From positions 704,001 to 768,000 of the forward strand of contig CBDCVR010000013.1 of the NCBI GenBank assembly GCA_965223155.1: a stretch of 64,000 nucleotides of DNA. The letters are read 5' to 3'. Within the stretch, counting starts at the first letter, position 1, and each line of letters starts with the position of its first letter. A model generated the notes under the pieces. The model worked only from the letters and a program-made list of their open reading frames with translations, searched no databases and had not been told where the DNA came from. Positions 9,083 to 18,568 of the stretch are shown here, one piece after another. Source of the DNA: Candidatus Multivoradales bacterium (GTDB lineage Bacteria > Acidobacteriota > Thermoanaerobaculia > Multivoradales > JAHEKO01). A program made the translations under genes and the position numbers.

Positions 9083-11706
9083 CGGGTGAGCTCCACGGTG
9101 CCGCCTGGGGGCCGGTGGGCGCTCCACCCGGTCTCCACGACCACCACGGTGTGGTCTTCAGCGACCAAGCAGGGGCCGGTCACGGCCCGCTCCGAAGACA
9201 GATCGGCGCGCTCGTGGACGGGCACCGAGCGCCAGCGCCGACCGTCGAAGAAAGGGCGCGCTTGGGGCGGGGTTCCCGGGTTGGGATCCGGGCTAGCCGG
9301 GCTGGAATCGTCAGCGATCGAGGCGGCGGGCTCCGAGCCGCCAGCCGGCCGCGCCCCCACGTCTCCAAACACTGCGCGAGCACGCCGCACCAGGCGCGCG
9401 CTCTCGATCTCGACCGCCCCGGGATTCTCGGCATTCGCCGGCAGATACCCAAAGAGGTCCCGGTAGGCGGCCAGGAACCCCCGGAGCAGGTCCTCTTCCG
9501 CCGAATCCTCCCGCCACGTGACGGCCAGGGTGGATTCCTGCCCGGCGAAGCGCAGAAAGAGCTCGGCCGAGGTCTCCGCGGCAGGAGCGGTGGCGTCGGT
9601 CCAATCCACGGTGCCGTTGGCGTGGGCCCCAGGCGCCGCGTCCGCTAGTCCTTCGGCCGCCAGCTCCTTGGCGGCCTCTTGATCGAGCGACCGCCGCAGC
9701 CGCCCCAGATCGGAACCGAAGCCCGCAAGCGGGGCCAGCACCTGACGCTCCACCCGCCGCTCGATCGCGGCGGCCGCCAGCCCGACCGCCGAGAGCAAGG
9801 CGCCATCGGCCGGGACGAGAACGGTCGTGATGCCCAAGAGCTCGGCGATCGCGCAGGCGTGTTGGGCACCAGCGCCGCCGAACGCCACCAGGGCGTAGTC
9901 CTTTGGATCGTAGCCCTCGCGCACCGAGATGCTGCGGATCGCTCCAGCCATGCGCTCGTTGGCGATCGCCAGAAAGCCCGCCAGCCACGCGTCTAGAGGA
10001 GAGGGAGGCCGGACGTCCGAGGGCGGTCCGCTGGACGGCTCGCCGGCGTCCGACTCGAGCGCGGGGTCCGGGGCGGCGTGCCCGGCATCCACGCCCAGCT
10101 CCCGGGCCCGCGCTCGAGCCGCCTCCGGATCGACCCGGAAGGGAAAGCGCTCTGGAACCAGCCGGCCCAGGAGGAGATTGACGTCGGTGATCGTGAGCGG
10201 ACCACCGCGGCCGTAGCAGGCCGGGCCGGGCAGGGCACCGGCGCTTTCCGGCCCCACCTTGAGCTGGGCGCCGTCGTACCAGCAGCGCGAGCCACCGCCC
10301 GCCGCCACGGTCTCGATCGCGACCGAGGGCGACAGCAGCAGGGCATCGCCGACGCGGGTCTCGGAACGAATCGCCAGGGCGCCGTCGTAGCGGCTGACGT
10401 CGGTCGAGGTGCCGCCCATGTCGAAGGAGAGCACCCGGAGCGAGCCGTCTTGCCTCCCAGATTCCCCCGCGATTCGTGACTCGTTCCCGCCTCCCGCCCC
10501 GCGCCCGACTCCGGAGCCACTTGGCGCGGCCTCGCGAGCCACGCGGGCCGCTCCGACGACTCCCGCCGCCGGTCCCGAGAGCAAGCAGTCCTTGGCTCGG
10601 TAGTCACCCGACCGGGTCAGTCCGCCGGCGCTGGTCATGACGTGAAGGCTCCGGGGGGCGAGAGTTCCGGCGACGCCCTCCAGGTAGTCGCGGACGATCG
10701 AGGCCAGGTAGGCGTCCACCACTGCCGTGCGCGCGCGGGGCACGATCTTGATTCGCCGGCTGAGCTCGGAGGACCGAGCCACGTAGGCAAACCCGGCCTG
10801 GCGCAGAACCGCCGCCACCTCACGCTCGGCTGCCGGTTCCCGATAGGCGTGAAGCAGCGCCACCGCCGCCGAGCGCACTCCCGATGCGACCAACTCACGG
10901 GCGGCCTGCATGAGGGCCTCGCGATCCAGGCCATCCAGAGCCCGGCCTTGGGCGTCCAGGCGGCCATCGACCTCGACTGTGGCGACATGGAGCGATTCGG
11001 GCTTGCGAATTTCGAGGGCGAAAAGGTCCGGGCGTTGCTGGGTGCCGATGGTCAGGAGATCGGCGAAGCCCCGGGTGGTGACCAGGGCCGCCGGACTGCC
11101 CTTGCGCTCCAGGAGCGCGTTGGTGCCGCGGGTCGTCGCCAGCCGGACCGCGAGCGGCGGAAACCGGGCGTCCAGCCGAGTGCCGGTCACGAGCCGGACG
11201 GCGACCACGGCCGCTTCCTCCCCGGTCCAGAGCTCGAGCTCGACCGGCTCGCACTCCGACGGCTCGAGGTCGGACCGCGGCCGCTTCGCTCCCAGGCCTG
11301 CCACCGCGAGGGCAGGCTCCCCGTCGCGCCCAGCCGACACGACGAGAGACTCGGCAGCGACCCCGGATCCGGGGACGACGCCGTCAGCGGGAAGCGCCAG
11401 GTGCCAGCCATGAAAGAAGCCGGCCGCGGCCAGCGCGCGGTCGGCCGACCGGAGTGGCTCGAAGACCGGTCCCTGGGCGGTCTCGCCAACAGCTGGACCA
11501 ACTGGCGGACCGCCTGCCGGACTCACTGGCGGCTCGATTGGCGGCTCGATTGGGCGGGCGACGACTCGAACCCGTCCCGACGACAGCACCTTGGCCCGAT
11601 GCCTGCGTCCGCCCGAATCCCAAGCCACGCAGTCCGTGAAGGTGCCGCCGGTATCGACGGCGACCCGCCAGGGACGGTCCCGGTCAGAGGCGCGGGCTCC
11701 GCTCAT
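9079..11706 (-). CDS. Hydantoinase A / 5-oxoprolinase ATP-binding subunit
   Basis: DTGGTFTD, TTRGTNALLERKG, LSGPAAGVVG, DMGGTSTDVS, TVAAGGGS, GPESAGALPGPACYG, AFGGAGAQHAC. Confidence 0.93.
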   Translation of the reverse strand: MSGARASDRDRPWRVAVDTGGTFTDCVAWDSGGRRHRAKVLSSGRVRVVARPIEPPIEPPVSPAGGPPVGPAVGETAQGPVFEPLRSADRALAAAGFFHGWHLALPADGVVPGSGVAAESLVVSAGRDGEPALAVAGLGAKRPRSDLEPSECEPVELELWTGEEAAVVAVRLVTGTRLDARFPPLAVRLATTRGTNALLERKGSPAALVTTRGFADLLTIGTQQRPDLFALEIRKPESLHVATVEVDGRLDAQGRALDGLDREALMQAARELVASGVRSAAVALLHAYREPAAEREVAAVLRQAGFAYVARSSELSRRIKIVPRARTAVVDAYLASIVRDYLEGVAGTLAPRSLHVMTSAGGLTRSGDYRAKDCLLSGPAAGVVGAARVAREAAPSGSGVGRGAGGGNESRIAGESGRQDGSLRVLSFDMGGTSTDVSRYDGALAIRSETRVGDALLLSPSVAIETVAAGGGSRCWYDGAQLKVGPESAGALPGPACYGRGGPLTITDVNLLLGRLVPERFPFRVDPEAARARARELGVDAGHAAPDPALESDAGEPSSGPPSDVRPPSPLDAWLAGFLAIANERMAGAIRSISVREGYDPKDYALVAFGGAGAQHACAIAELLGITTVLVPADGALLSAVGLAAAAIERRVERQVLAPLAGFGSDLGRLRRSLDQEAAKELAAEGLADAAPGAHANGTVDWTDATAPAAETSAELFLRFAGQESTLAVTWREDSAEEDLLRGFLAAYRDLFGYLPANAENPGAVEIESARLVRRARAVFGDVGARPAGGSEPAASIADDSSPASPDPNPGTPPQARPFFDGRRWRSVPVHERADLSSERAVTGPCLVAEDHTVVVVETGWSAHRPPGGTVELTR

Positions 11707-11821
11707 TGCGCCAGAGTCCCGGCGATTCGCCCGGGGCAGAAACCGGCTCGGGCCCCGGCGCCGATCTGAGAGTGGCGCGCGGCGTTCGGGTCGGCTCTAG
11801 GGAAACGCCCCGTTGCTGCGT

Positions 11822-12391
11822 TCAGGCGCTTGCCGGTCGTCGGCGCGTCGCGCGCCGCATGCGCCGTCCCACCAGCACCAGGAACAGGACAACGAAGCCG
11901 ATCGCCAAGAGGGGCGCGATGATCGAAAGCACCGAGACCATGAGCGAGCCGCCCGTCTCCATCGTGGAGACCAATGGATTGCCCAAGCCTGCCGTGGTCA
12001 CTGTCGAGGCTCCCCGGGTGCCGGTGGTCACGATTTGGACAGCGCCGGCCAGCCCGCCGCCGGCGATCACGGCCAGCGTCCACTTGAGGTAGGGATCCAT
12101 GTTGGTGATGACCGACGCGGACGCCACCACTCCGGCGACAACCGCGGCCGGCGAAGCGATCGTATCGAGCAGGTTGTCGACCCAGGGGATGTAGTAGGCG
12201 GCGATCTCGAGCACCGTGGCGACGATCAACGTGATGAGCACCGGGGTCGAGCCGATCCATTCGAACCGCTCGGCGATGCCCAGGTGCCCGCCGTGGCTGG
12301 CCGCCGAAATGACGAGCAGGGGTACGAAGACACGAAAGCCGCAGGCGGCCGCCAAACCGAGTCCCAACGCGATACTGAGCACGCTTTCCAT
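11822..12391 (-). CDS. DUF4126-family membrane protein
   Basis: GLGLAAACGFRVFVPLL, EIAAYYIPWVDNLLD, TTAGLGNPLVSTME. Confidence 0.85.
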   Translation of the reverse strand: MESVLSIALGLGLAAACGFRVFVPLLVISAASHGGHLGIAERFEWIGSTPVLITLIVATVLEIAAYYIPWVDNLLDTIASPAAVVAGVVASASVITNMDPYLKWTLAVIAGGGLAGAVQIVTTGTRGASTVTTAGLGNPLVSTMETGGSLMVSVLSIIAPLLAIGFVVLFLVLVGRRMRRATRRRPASA

Positions 12392-12451
12392 GCGGCAATT
12401 GTACCAGTTGCGCGTCCATGGCCCGCCGGAGCCCGGTTCTGAGCGGTGGGA

Positions 12452-12937
12452 CTACTCGTCCAGGCCGGCGCCTGGTCTCTCGTCGGACCCGTCTAGCCCC
12501 TCATCCGGCCATTCGTCCAGCAGCCGCAACCGTTCGACGTGGCGGCCACCTTCGAAGGGAGTCTCGAGCCAGATCTCGACGATCCGCTCCACCAAGTCCC
12601 AGTCCAGCAGGCGCTGGCCGATCGAGATCATGTTGGCGTCGTTGTGCTCCCGGGCCAGGCGGGCCGTCTCCTCGCTCCAAACCACGGCGCAGCGCACGCC
12701 CTGGATCCGGTTCGCGGCCATGGCCTCGCCGTTGCCGGAGCCGCCCAGGACGATGCCCCGGTCGGCTTCACCAGCGGCCACGGCTTGGGCTGCCGGCCGG
12801 ATGAACCTGGGATAGTCGCAGGACTCGGTGGAGTCGGTACCGAAATCGTCGACCTCGTACCCTTGCTTGCGCAACAGGTCCACGAGCCGCTTCTTGTAGC
12901 GGTACCCGGCGTGGTCCGAAGCGATCGCGAGCTTCAC
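12452..12937 (-). CDS. rpiB: Ribose-5-phosphate isomerase B
   Basis: IASDHAG, DYP, GGSGNGEAMAANR, AREHNDAN, FEGGRHVER; GTG start 8 nt after AAGGAGG. Confidence 0.93.
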   Translation of the reverse strand: MKLAIASDHAGYRYKKRLVDLLRKQGYEVDDFGTDSTESCDYPRFIRPAAQAVAAGEADRGIVLGGSGNGEAMAANRIQGVRCAVVWSEETARLAREHNDANMISIGQRLLDWDLVERIVEIWLETPFEGGRHVERLRLLDEWPDEGLDGSDERPGAGLDE

Positions 12938-13017
12938 GGCCGGAGCCTCCTTGCCTGACGTCCTGGTCTCGAACTCGTCCATTGCATACATCCTGCTCTT
13001 CCATCTCCGAGGTTGGA

Positions 13018-14721
13018 TTAGCGCTTCGAGGAGCCGCGCCCGAGAGTCCTGGACAGGTCTTCGGCCTCCTCCACCCGCTGGAGCTTCGACAGAAGCATAT
13101 ACAACGAGCCGTAGGCACCCACGACCAAGATCGCCCGGAGCGGCAGCCAGAGACCGGCGGCGAGGCGCTCGGTGAGCAACCACAGGCCCAGCGCGAGAGC
13201 GCAGGTCGCAAGCGCGCGGAGGAGGCACGCCGCGGCGAAGCGCACCGGCCAGCGGATCTCGGAGCCACGGCTCCTGAGAACCCGGCGCAGCGAGGTCACC
13301 TCGTAGTAGGCGCCCAGGACCGAGCCGGCCGCCAGACCCAGGCCGCCCAGAAACAGGGTCTCCCCTTTCGGGCCGACCCCGGCGACGAGGTCCCCCACCG
13401 CGAACCGGTCGCACCAGAGCATCGCGGCGCCCCCCACCAAGGCCGAGAGCGCCATCCGTTGCACCGAATACCGTGCCGGCGTGCGCGTGTCGCCCTCGGC
13501 GAAAAAGACGTTCGACAAGAGCTTCGACCAGCTCGAAGGCAGCATCCCGAGTGTGTAGACCGCCAGGATCAGGTACACCAGCCAGTTGTCGGCCAGCTCG
13601 AAGCGGCCGCGGCGGAAGAGGGCCCCGACGATGAGCAGCCCAAAGGCGATGAAGCCGACCTGGGCGGGTACGACGAAGAAGGTGATCTGCCGGAGGGCCT
13701 TGGATGCCCGCGCACCGCCCCGCCCGGCCGAGTCGGCGACTCGCCGTGACAGCTCGGGCAGCTCGGCGGCCGCAATCGAGCCGGCGAAGAGAGCCATCGG
13801 CACCAGATAGATCGTCTGCGCCAGGCCCAGCGCCGCCGGCGCGCCGGCCGCCAGGAGCGACGCCAGCACCATGTCCAGATAGCTCGAGAGCTGAGCGGCG
13901 CCCCGGGCCGCAACCGCCGGCGCGAAGTTGCGTATCGCGGTCCTCACCCCCGGGGCCCCGAGCGCGAAGCTGGGACGGAAACCGCCCAAGAGACGCAGCG
14001 CCAGCGGCAACTGCGCGAGAAACTGCAAGCCTCCGCCCAGAAGTCCTCCAAAAAAACCCGCCACCAGAATGCGGCTCTGGGCGTCGGCGCCGATCCCTTG
14101 CGGCAATCGGGCCGCCGGCAAGTGCTCCCAACCCACGTAGAGGAGCGAGCCGATGATGGCCGTGTTCCACAGTACCGGCGCGACGTACGGCAGAAAGAAG
14201 CGCCGGTGGCTGTTGAGGACGCACAGGGTCCAGGCCGAGAGGGCGAAGAACGCGGTCATCGGAAACAGAATCCGGATCGCGGTCACCGCCAGCTCGAAAC
14301 GGTCCACCGAGAGCTCGTCGGCGGCCACGCGCGCGGCATCGCCCACGAATCCCGGCGTCGTGAGCGTCACCAGCGGGCGGGCGAAGATCATGCCCGCCAG
14401 AGCCACTGTCGCCGCCGCCGCCAGCACCAGGCCGAAGGTGGCACCCGCGAACCGCCGGGCGTCCTCCTTGCGGCCTTCTTCAAGGAAGCGCGAGTAGATC
14501 GGGATGAGCGAGGCCGAGAGGCTCTGCTCGCCCAGCAGCGTCTGGATGATGTTGGGCGCCCGAAACGCGGTCCGGAACACGTCCAGGTGGGCGCCGACGC
14601 CGAAAAAGAACGCCACCGTGACGTCGCGCACGATGCCGAAAACACGGCTGGTCAGAATACCGGCGGCCACGCGGCCGGCGCTGCCGATCCGCGGCTGCCT
14701 TCCGGTCACAGGTTCGGTCAT
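13018..14721 (-). CDS. murJ: Lipid II flippase MurJ (MviN)
   Basis: SRVFGIVRD, AFRAPNIIQTLLGEQSLSASLIPIY, LNSHRRFFLPYVAPVLWN, FFAEGDTRTP. Confidence 0.92.
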   Translation of the reverse strand: MTEPVTGRQPRIGSAGRVAAGILTSRVFGIVRDVTVAFFFGVGAHLDVFRTAFRAPNIIQTLLGEQSLSASLIPIYSRFLEEGRKEDARRFAGATFGLVLAAAATVALAGMIFARPLVTLTTPGFVGDAARVAADELSVDRFELAVTAIRILFPMTAFFALSAWTLCVLNSHRRFFLPYVAPVLWNTAIIGSLLYVGWEHLPAARLPQGIGADAQSRILVAGFFGGLLGGGLQFLAQLPLALRLLGGFRPSFALGAPGVRTAIRNFAPAVAARGAAQLSSYLDMVLASLLAAGAPAALGLAQTIYLVPMALFAGSIAAAELPELSRRVADSAGRGGARASKALRQITFFVVPAQVGFIAFGLLIVGALFRRGRFELADNWLVYLILAVYTLGMLPSSWSKLLSNVFFAEGDTRTPARYSVQRMALSALVGGAAMLWCDRFAVGDLVAGVGPKGETLFLGGLGLAAGSVLGAYYEVTSLRRVLRSRGSEIRWPVRFAAACLLRALATCALALGLWLLTERLAAGLWLPLRAILVVGAYGSLYMLLSKLQRVEEAEDLSRTLGRGSSKR

Positions 14722-14830
14722 CAAAGGGCTCCGGGCGGAAGATACGCGAATCCCGGAACCCCGACAACACGGCCCGGTCCTCTCGCGACGGGTTCATGGA
14801 CTCCCGCGGGCGCTGGTAGCATCTTGCCCC

Positions 14831-15340
14831 GTGCCGATCTACGAATTTTTCTGCTCCGACTGCAACACGCTCTACAGCTTTTTCTCCGCGGGAATCGACA
14901 CCCAGCGGCACCCCGACTGCCCCAAGTGCGGCCGGCCGGAGCTGGAGCGGCGGCCCGCCCGGTTCGCCACCCTCAGCCTCTCGCGCAGCGACGACGAGAG
15001 CGGCGACGACCCGTTCGACCAGCTCGACGACGAGGCCATGGAACGGGCCATGATGGACATGGCGGGCGAGCTCGAGGGGCTCGACGACAGCGAGGATCCC
15101 AAGGTCTACGCTCGCGCGCTGCGCAAGATGGCCGACGCCACCGGCCTGGCCATGGGACCCAAGATGGAAGAGCTCTTGGCGCGGCTCGACTCGGGCACCG
15201 ATCTGGAGGAGCTGGAGGAGAGTTTCGGAGACGGCGACGGCGGCGAGGACGAGGACTTCGAGGAGTACTTCCAGCTCAAGAAGAAGGTCGCGCTCCTGAG
15301 CCGGCGTCCCAAGGTCGATGACGAGCTGTATTTTTTCTAG
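14831..15340 (+). CDS. FmdB-family zinc-ribbon protein
   Basis: PIYEFFCSDC..HPDCPKCG; acidic helical C-terminus. Confidence 0.85.
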   Translation: MPIYEFFCSDCNTLYSFFSAGIDTQRHPDCPKCGRPELERRPARFATLSLSRSDDESGDDPFDQLDDEAMERAMMDMAGELEGLDDSEDPKVYARALRKMADATGLAMGPKMEELLARLDSGTDLEELEESFGDGDGGEDEDFEEYFQLKKKVALLSRRPKVDDELYFF

Positions 15341-15370
15341 GGGCCTGCTGAAAACCGGGGGAACTTTTCT

Positions 15371-16144
15371 ATGCTGATCCTGCTGTCACCCGCCAAGACT
15401 CTCGACTTCGAGCCTTCGGAGCGCCGCGTACGGCCCAGCCGGCCCCGGTTCGCCGGCGACACGCGCCTCCTGCTCGAGCGTTGCCGCCGCCTGGACGTCA
15501 AGACGCTGCGCCAGCTCATGAAGCTGAGCGAGCCGCTGGCCGAGCTGAATCACGGCCGCTTCCAGTCGATGGAGCTGCCCCACACCGCCAAGAATTCGAA
15601 GCCGGCCCTGCTGGCGTTTCGGGGCGACGTCTACAGGAAGCTGGACGCCGCCAGCCTCGAGGCCGGCGACGTCGACTGGGCACAGGAGCGGCTGCGCATC
15701 CTGTCGGGCTTCTACGGCATGTTGCGGCCGCTCGACCTCATCCAACCGTACCGCTTGGAGATGGGGACCCGTCTCGACACCGAGCGCGGCGCCAACCTCT
15801 ACGAGTTCTGGGGCGAGCGGCTGGCCCGGCGCTTGAACCGGGACGCGCGCGCCGCCGGAGCCGACTTCATCCTCAACCTGGCTTCGAACGAGTACGTGCG
15901 CGCGGTGCCGGCGGCGGCCCTCGAAGTGCCGATGGTGACCGCGGTCTTCGAGGAGATGCGCGACGGCAAACCCAAGGTGATCGGCTTCTCGGCCAAGCGC
16001 GCCCGTGGCCTGATGGCTCGCTGGGCGATTCGGAACCGGGTCCGGACCCGAGCGCGGCTGAGGAAGTTCGCCGAGGCCGGCTACACCTTCGATCCCGACC
16101 GCTCGGAGCGCGACCGTTTGGTCTTCTTGCGCGGCGGCCGGTGA
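15371..16144 (+). CDS. yaaA: Peroxide stress protein YaaA (DUF328)
   Basis: LLSPAKTLDF, FRGDVY, LSGFYGMLRPLDLIQPYRLEMG, NLASNEY, AKRARGLMAR. Confidence 0.93.
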   Translation: MLILLSPAKTLDFEPSERRVRPSRPRFAGDTRLLLERCRRLDVKTLRQLMKLSEPLAELNHGRFQSMELPHTAKNSKPALLAFRGDVYRKLDAASLEAGDVDWAQERLRILSGFYGMLRPLDLIQPYRLEMGTRLDTERGANLYEFWGERLARRLNRDARAAGADFILNLASNEYVRAVPAAALEVPMVTAVFEEMRDGKPKVIGFSAKRARGLMARWAIRNRVRTRARLRKFAEAGYTFDPDRSERDRLVFLRGGR

Positions 16145-16179
16145 GCGCGTACGCCGGAGCCGGCCGCTCGAGTCCGACA

Positions 16180-17022
16180 ATGGACCCAGACGCCTCCAGG
16201 CGACTGGACGAGCTGGCCGCCGCCTGCTCGGACGCCGCCGGGCCGATCGCCTGCGTCACCGGCGCCGGCGTCAGCGTCGCCAGCGGCATCGCGACGTTCC
16301 GGGGCTCGGATCCCGAGGCGGTCTGGAAGGTCCAGGACGTCGAGCTGGCCACCGTCGACTACTTTCGGCGCGATCCCGTCGGCCAGTGGTCCTGGTACCT
16401 GGAGCGTTTCGCCCGGGTGGACTCGGCGCGGCCCAACGCCGCCCACCGGGCCATCGCCCGGCTCGAGGGCCACTTCCGGCGGCACCGCGGGGACTTCCGC
16501 CTGGTGACTCAGAACATCGACACCCTGCACGAGAGCGCCGGCAGCGCCGACCCGATCAAGATCCACGGCTCGGCCGACCGCGTGCGCTGCGCCACGGCCG
16601 GCTGCGACCACGGCGCCCCGGCGGGCTCGCTCGAACGTGCCAGCGTGGACCTCGGCGCCTTCCGGCGCGACGCCACGCTCGAGAACCTTCCCCGGTGCCA
16701 GGCCTGTGGCGACGTGCTCCGAGCCCACGTCCTGTTCTTCGACGAGTACTATCAGGAGCACGACGACTATCGCTTCGGGGAGGCCATGGACTTAGCGGCG
16801 CGGGCGAGTGCGTTTCTCTTCGTCGGAACCTCGTTCTCGGTCGGGATCACCGACATCTTCCTACGCGCCGCCGCCGAGCGGAGGGCCCCCGCCTTCTCCA
16901 TCGATCCAGGCCTGGTACCGCCGGCCGGAACCCGGGTGCGGCACGTCGCGGAGCCAGCCGAGACCGCCCTGCCCGAGCTCGCCCGGAGGTTGGGCGCCGC
17001 GGGAGACGACGATGCCGGATAG
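16180..17022 (+). CDS. cobB: Sir2-family NAD-dependent protein deacylase (CobB-like, class III)
   Basis: TGAGVSVASGIATFRG, WYLER (YxxR), TQNIDTLH, HGS, Zn-binding Cys pairs, VGTS; alternative GTG start at 16141 overlapping the yaaA stop. Confidence 0.88.
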   Translation: MDPDASRRLDELAAACSDAAGPIACVTGAGVSVASGIATFRGSDPEAVWKVQDVELATVDYFRRDPVGQWSWYLERFARVDSARPNAAHRAIARLEGHFRRHRGDFRLVTQNIDTLHESAGSADPIKIHGSADRVRCATAGCDHGAPAGSLERASVDLGAFRRDATLENLPRCQACGDVLRAHVLFFDEYYQEHDDYRFGEAMDLAARASAFLFVGTSFSVGITDIFLRAAAERRAPAFSIDPGLVPPAGTRVRHVAEPAETALPELARRLGAAGDDDAG

Positions 17023-18568
17023 CCTGGAACGGCTGGGTTCCCTCATGGAGGGCGGCTTCGAGCCGAGCTGGATCACCGAGCTCCTCCGCCACTCCTTGCG
17101 CTACGGCTCGCCGCCGCCCGAGCGGCGCGTCTTCGTCAACCGCACGCTGCGGATGCAGACCATCCGGCACGTAGGTTTCGATCTGGACTTCACCCTGGCC
17201 GACTACGAGCGCGAGCCCATCGAACGCACCACCTTCGAGCTCGCCATCGAGCGGCTGATCGACGATCACGGCTACCCGGAGTCCATCCGGCGTGCCGAGC
17301 TGCGGCCTGACTTCCCGCGCCGCGGCCTCTTGATCGACAAGCGCACCGGCACGGTCTTGCGCATGAATCGCCACCGCTACGTGGGGCAGGCCTATCTAGG
17401 GCGCAGGAAGCTCAGCCGCAACGAAATGATCCGGTTGTTTCGCAACGAGCCGCTCAGGCCCTCGAACGAGCGCTTCTACCATGTGGACTCGCTCTTCGAG
17501 CTGCCCGAGACCAACCTCTATGCCGAGCTGATCGAGCTGCGCGAGGGTCGGGACGCCGTCGAGCTGCCAGAGCCGGAACGGCTGTTCGAGGACGTCCGGG
17601 CCGCCGTCGATCAGGTGCACGCGACCGAGTCTCTGCAACGAGCCATCCTGGACGATCCGGGATCGTTTCTGAGCCGCGGCCAGGAGCTGCCGCTCACGCT
17701 GCTCCGTCTGGCGCTCAGCGGACGGCGCCTGATCCTGCTGACCAACGCAGGGTGGAGCTTCGCCGACCGCATCGGCTCCTATCTGTTCGACGAAAGCCTG
17801 CCCGGTCTCGATAGCTGGCGCCGTCTCTTCGACCTGATCGTCGTGCGCTCGGGCAAGCCCGGGTTTTTTCGCAAGGACAAGCCGTTCGTCGAGCTCGACC
17901 CTTCCGGCGAACCCATCGGCGAGGTCCAAGAGCCCGCTTGGGGCGGCATCTACCAGGGTGGCAACCTCGGCAGCCTGATGCGGCTCCTGGACTGCCGCGG
18001 CGAGGAGGTCCTCTACGTCGGCGACCACATCTACGGCGACATCGTGACTTCGAAGCGCAAGTCCAACTGGCGCACCGCTTTGATCGTGCGCGAGCTGGAA
18101 GAGGAGTTCCACCGCCGCGCCGAGCTCTCGCTCGACATCGCCGAGCTGACCCGGTTACAGATGGCGCTGAGCGGCGCCGGCCACCAGATGGACCAGCTCA
18201 GCGACGTTCTCACCCTCTACCGCAAGGCGGTCGAGACCGGAGCCGATTTTCCGACGGAGACCTTCGCTACCATCCGCAGCCTGCTGGAAGGAATGAAGGA
18301 CCGGCACCACGGCCTCCTGCGCCGAGCCAGCCGGCTGGGCGAGGAGGTCGCCGAGAGCTTCAACCCGTACTGGGGTTCGTTCTTCAAGCAGGGCGGCTCG
18401 AAGACCCTTTTCGCGAACCAGCTCGAGGCCTTCGCCTGCATCTATACCTCGCGGGTGGTGAACCTCGGCCTCTACGGCACCAACCATTACTATCGAGTGA
18501 TCCACGATCCGATGATGCACGACTGGGACAGCGGCACCAACGGCGCTTACTCGGGAGACGGACCATGA
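17012..18568 (+). CDS. HAD-IG family 5'-nucleotidase (cN-II-like)
   Basis: VFVNRTL, GFDLDFTLADY (DxDxT), LLTNA, KPGFF, YVGDHIYGDI, FNPYWGSFF. Confidence 0.9.
   Translation: MPDSLERLGSLMEGGFEPSWITELLRHSLRYGSPPPERRVFVNRTLRMQTIRHVGFDLDFTLADYEREPIERTTFELAIERLIDDHGYPESIRRAELRPDFPRRGLLIDKRTGTVLRMNRHRYVGQAYLGRRKLSRNEMIRLFRNEPLRPSNERFYHVDSLFELPETNLYAELIELREGRDAVELPEPERLFEDVRAAVDQVHATESLQRAILDDPGSFLSRGQELPLTLLRLALSGRRLILLTNAGWSFADRIGSYLFDESLPGLDSWRRLFDLIVVRSGKPGFFRKDKPFVELDPSGEPIGEVQEPAWGGIYQGGNLGSLMRLLDCRGEEVLYVGDHIYGDIVTSKRKSNWRTALIVRELEEEFHRRAELSLDIAELTRLQMALSGAGHQMDQLSDVLTLYRKAVETGADFPTETFATIRSLLEGMKDRHHGLLRRASRLGEEVAESFNPYWGSFFKQGGSKTLFANQLEAFACIYTSRVVNLGLYGTNHYYRVIHDPMMHDWDSGTNGAYSGDGP

Noticed and set aside
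7370-11706. Frameshift-split fused oxoprolinase
   Set aside because: There is a clean ATGA overlap at the natural A/B boundary, and two-subunit forms are common.
16180-17022. Sir2 as an anti-phage NADase (Thoeris/DSR type)
   Set aside because: It has the Zn-binding Cys pairs, GAGxS and YxxR of housekeeping class III deacylases, and no defence partners nearby.
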